Assembly (NCBI RefSeq): GCF_000281045.1
Contig: NW_008246099.1
Span: 430,372 to 474,978, forward strand
DNA: 44,607 nt
Source: Saprolegnia diclina VS20
Taxonomy: Eukaryota
Direction of reading: 5' to 3'
The position numbers and the translations under genes were made by a program. The notes below the pieces were generated by a model. That model was given only the letters and a program-made list of their open reading frames with translations. It was not told the DNA's origin and searched no databases. This document shows positions 41,048 to 44,607 of the stretch, piece by piece. How positions within the stretch are numbered: the stretch's first letter is position 1; the number at the start of each line of letters is the position of its first letter.

Positions 41048-43625
41048 TTAGTGTTTCACCGACTCGCGGAGGCCCTCAATTTCAAGCGCACGCGCATACG
41101 GCATGCGACGCGACTGCTTCTCGACAACAAGGGACGAGTGTGACGGCACAAGTGCTGGCACCATGGCATTTGCCGTACGAGACTCAACCTCGAGCTGTCC
41201 GACACGGGCCTAGTACAAACAGGAATAATTATATCGGCCATGCGGCTCGGCAGGGAACAGACCTCAAGGTACGCAATACGATCACAAGACAGGCGCAGTG
41301 CTTTCTTGGCATCGGACGTTGCTGCTTCAAGCTCAGCGTCGTGCGCAGCCATTGTTGCCGCTAGACGTGCCTTCAGGGTGTCAATGCTACGTGCTTGTTC
41401 CGCCTTGAACTCATGCAGACGTTCGTTCGACTCTTGTTGGAGGAGCGTGAGTTTTTTGTTCGCTTCTTTTGAGAGTAGCGTCACATCTGCATCGTGTTTT
41501 GCACTTGCATCGTGGAGTGCATGCCGGAGAAGCGCATTGGATACGTGCGCAGCTGTTGTGTCGCGCGTAGCTGCCACCAGCTGCGCTTTGGTGATTTCGA
41601 GCTGGTGCGTCAAAACTCCAAGCTCGTCCACGGCATCTGCAGCTTTGGCCTGGAGGTCGTAGTACGATGTGCACATGCTCACAGTTGGCTTTACAGAAAG
41701 CTGCTGGATGTTGCCTTTTTGCGCTTGGTCAACCATTTGATTCGAGTCCATGCGCCAGTGGGCCCACTTGCCCCACCTACGCGAAAGGAAGTGTGTGAGA
41801 CTATCCGCCATCTCTATTGTTTACATACATGCCACACGCCGGCACGTAATGCACGACATCGTTCTTGGAGCAGAAGAAGCACTTTCCATCCTTAAAGGAC
41901 GGCAAGACAGACGAAATACCGCAGCCGGACGTCGTCTCAGCCTCGACCATGTGTGTCGATGCTTCCGAGCCGGGGGAAATCCTACTTGTTGGAAATGTAC
42001 AGCGATATTGTCTACATAGTTCTCGAGAGCGTACGTGGTGTGTGTGTGTGTCGGAGATTTGACCGCGTTTCGGCTTGCCAAAATATGCGGCTCGAAGCCA
42101 GCATTGTACTCCGACACGATCTTTTCGAGAAGCGGAAACTCGCGGTTGAGACCGTCCTGCAGCTGTGGATAGAGAAAGCATGTGCGCTGTAAGAAGCCCA
42201 CAAGCTACATATCATACATAGCAAATTTGACTCCCTCGCTTGCATAGGTGGCCTACCTGGCGCCACGCCAAAACGAAGCGACTCACGACTCCGAGGGCAA
42301 TCATGGCCGAGGCCGCGAGCAGCGTATACCCCACGCTATGAGCTGAGAAAACGATCCACTCGGCCGACATCACCAGCGACATGACCCACAAAAGCACTAC
42401 AAAAGAAATGCATCCCCGGTGAAAGTACTTGCGATCACGTACATGCGCCGATGCACGGTACGACAGCCAGCATGGTCAGCTAGCATTTAAAACATGTGAG
42501 TTGGTGCGGAACGTTCCGTTATGATGTTGTACGCGGCGTGTGGTCATGACGAGAAAGACGGTGACGCCAGCGCAGTGGCTAAACCACGCCCAGCCAGTCG
42601 CTTCGTCGACAAACTTGAACATGTCGGGGAACGAAGCGAAGCTGCCCAAAGTAAAAGCGCCCCAGAGAAGCACACCCAAGAAGAGCGTCGTCCCATTCAT
42701 GTCGACTGTCATTGTGGCCTGGGGACAGGATAATGTCGCTCTCGTTTTGTTAGCCTCGAGAAGTGTTCGGGACACCTACGCCAAGTCTGTTCGAAAATCA
42801 CTCAAACGATGGAAGAATACCGCAAGGCTAATGCGCTCGCTGTTCAGACGTTTCCGAAGCACAAAGCGTTCGCGCGCGTTGTACTCCGAGTAGTACGAGA
42901 TCGTGTTGAAAATCCATATCACAGGCGCGCAGTAGAAAAACGAAAGCACGGTTTCGAGCTATGGTGCAAGTTAGTGCGAATCCATGGGGACAAATGTCAC
43001 CTGGAGCGTCGACGGTCGCAGAAAAACGGCCACGTAAAAGTAAACGACGGCTGTGGTCCAACTGCCGATAGCAGTGTGTACAAAGCCCAGCGGTGTGACT
43101 TTGGGAATCGTGTAAAAGGACAGTCCAAAGAGGACAAAAAGGACATCCTGCAACAGCTTTCGTCAGAGAAACGCCCTCTCGCAACGACATCCGTACCCAT
43201 TGATGCAAGACGGAGCGCTGAAGCGCGTACATAAGCAAGGTCGAGAGGCCATTGCACATGGCGACCATGAACATGAGGCGCTCGTCAGTCTTGACCAGGT
43301 CCTAGGGCCATTCAATCGTGCATAAGAATTATTGGTCGCTTCCTCCACTCATTACCATCTTGACGAGGATGTGGAGGCCGATCTGCAGCACCACAAGGAA
43401 GAGTCGGGCAGGAATCGTCACTTGCAAGTTCAGCGGGTCGTGCTCGACGCTGTCGCTGATGGCGAAGACGAGGTGGCTAATCGCGGCAGGGATGAGGCCA
43501 CGCAGCCAAAGCGCCTTCTGGCGCGAGTGACAGAAGGCCTGGTAGCTCTGCTCGAGGTCGCCGTCCTGGTAACGAAGCGTGTACTTGTTCACGCACACCG
43601 TCGTGTGCTGCATGATGCTGGCCAT
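41048..43625 (-). CDS. Multi-pass membrane protein with Cys cluster and C-terminal coiled coil, multi-exon; start uncertain
   Basis: Exons with many hydrophobic helices, YTLRYQDGDLEQSY, YYSEYNARERFVLR, CFFC...C, a long coiled coil, and last exon ending ...RESVKH* (TAA at 41048-41050). Confidence 0.6.
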
Positions 43626-44607
43626 CGCCTGCTGCACGATGTCCTCGCTGCAATGCGACCTGGCTGATTACGCCCATCTCCGGATTTCACGGCGTAGAAA
43701 TAATATTCATACAATACATACAAAATATTATATATAATATAACTTGAGAAATCAATTCCAGTTCCGGTAGGCCAGCAAGTTTTTTATCTTTTACGAATAC
43801 AAAAGCTCCTGAATCAGGTCCTTCAGATCGACTTATTTTAATCTTGTCACACTTTGCCGAGGTATATCTGCCTCATCTAAGGACTAAATTCGGCGAATGG
43901 GATTTGATCGGTTCGTCAGCTCGTCGGCGTCGGCTCGTAGAATGTCCGCACAGGTCAAGAGGGTTGAGTTGGTACAACTGCGCAAGGAGCTGTTCCGAGT
44001 AATTCGCTATCCCGAATGGAACTTATTGCGCCATTGCAGGTGGCAGTTTGGATTGTATTGCGTGGAAATCGAGAAGGATTACGCACGACACACAAACGAA
44101 GACACGCATACTGAAAGCGTGAAGCCTCGGTCTCGGGTGTTTCGTCGCGCGGTCGGCGGAACTATCATATGACTGTGAAGCCTCCAAGATTAGGCAAATG
44201 AGATGGTGCGAGTCGCACTTTCTCGGCCTACCCGCTTTTTGCATTGCCTCAAGATTGTCACCCCCAGGCTGAAGGGAAAATGAATATAATTCGTGCGAAT
44301 GGGCATTGGACGCAAATTACAGCGTCGCAGGTCGGCGGTCCCGATGTAAAAGCGCATCCATCGTTCGAGTTGATGCGTGTTGTCCAGTCCGTGGGGCAAT
44401 GGCTCTTTGAGACGAAAGCAATCGCGACACTCGTGTGCGTGATGGGTGGCCAATTGAAATAGCAGCTCGTGTGACCATTTCTGTCTGCTTCACTGCAATC
44501 CCCTCTACCCCTCCTTGCCCCGACGGCTTAGGAGCTAGCGTGCGGCAACTATCTCTCTCCAAACTCAACAACTTTTTGCCTTTGTCCCTTTTGGTTGCGG
44601 AATATTA

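Noticed and set aside
42037..42051. (GT)n microsatellite
   Set aside because: Short, and lies in coding sequence (THTHT on the minus strand); unremarkable.

Overview
Gene-dense eukaryotic DNA, almost certainly from an oomycete (Saprolegniales-like, inferred from GC-rich codon usage, many 40-55 nt GT-AG introns, very short intergenic spacers and gene content). I can support about 24 protein-coding genes; most are split by small introns, so the six-frame ORF track fragments or mis-starts them. Clear housekeeping genes: CTP synthase, HAD-IIA phosphoglycolate/4-nitrophenyl phosphatase, OMS1-like methyltransferase, EMC4, BioF, eIF2-alpha kinase, formate-THF ligase, proteasome beta-5, PEX12 and a DCTN3-like gene. 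There is also a group of probable flagellar or Ca2+-signalling genes (multi-EF-hand, myristoylated EF-hand, ZBBX-like SAM protein, CFAP97/Hemingway-IQ fusion, SSNA1-like). The most notable locus is a receptor-enzyme fusion at 19057-23932 (minus strand): signal peptide, a Cys-rich ectodomain visible only after splicing two small exons, 7TM, and an inositol polyphosphate 4-phosphatase (CKSAKDRT). Also notable are a PTS1 (-SRL) on BioF, a perfect 26-bp palindrome flanked by 9-bp direct repeats at 14608-14651, and a recurrent TAACCG motif upstream of several genes. I found no tRNA, rRNA, CRISPR array or intact mobile element. All exon models were built by eye and family assignments come from recalled motifs, not database searches.
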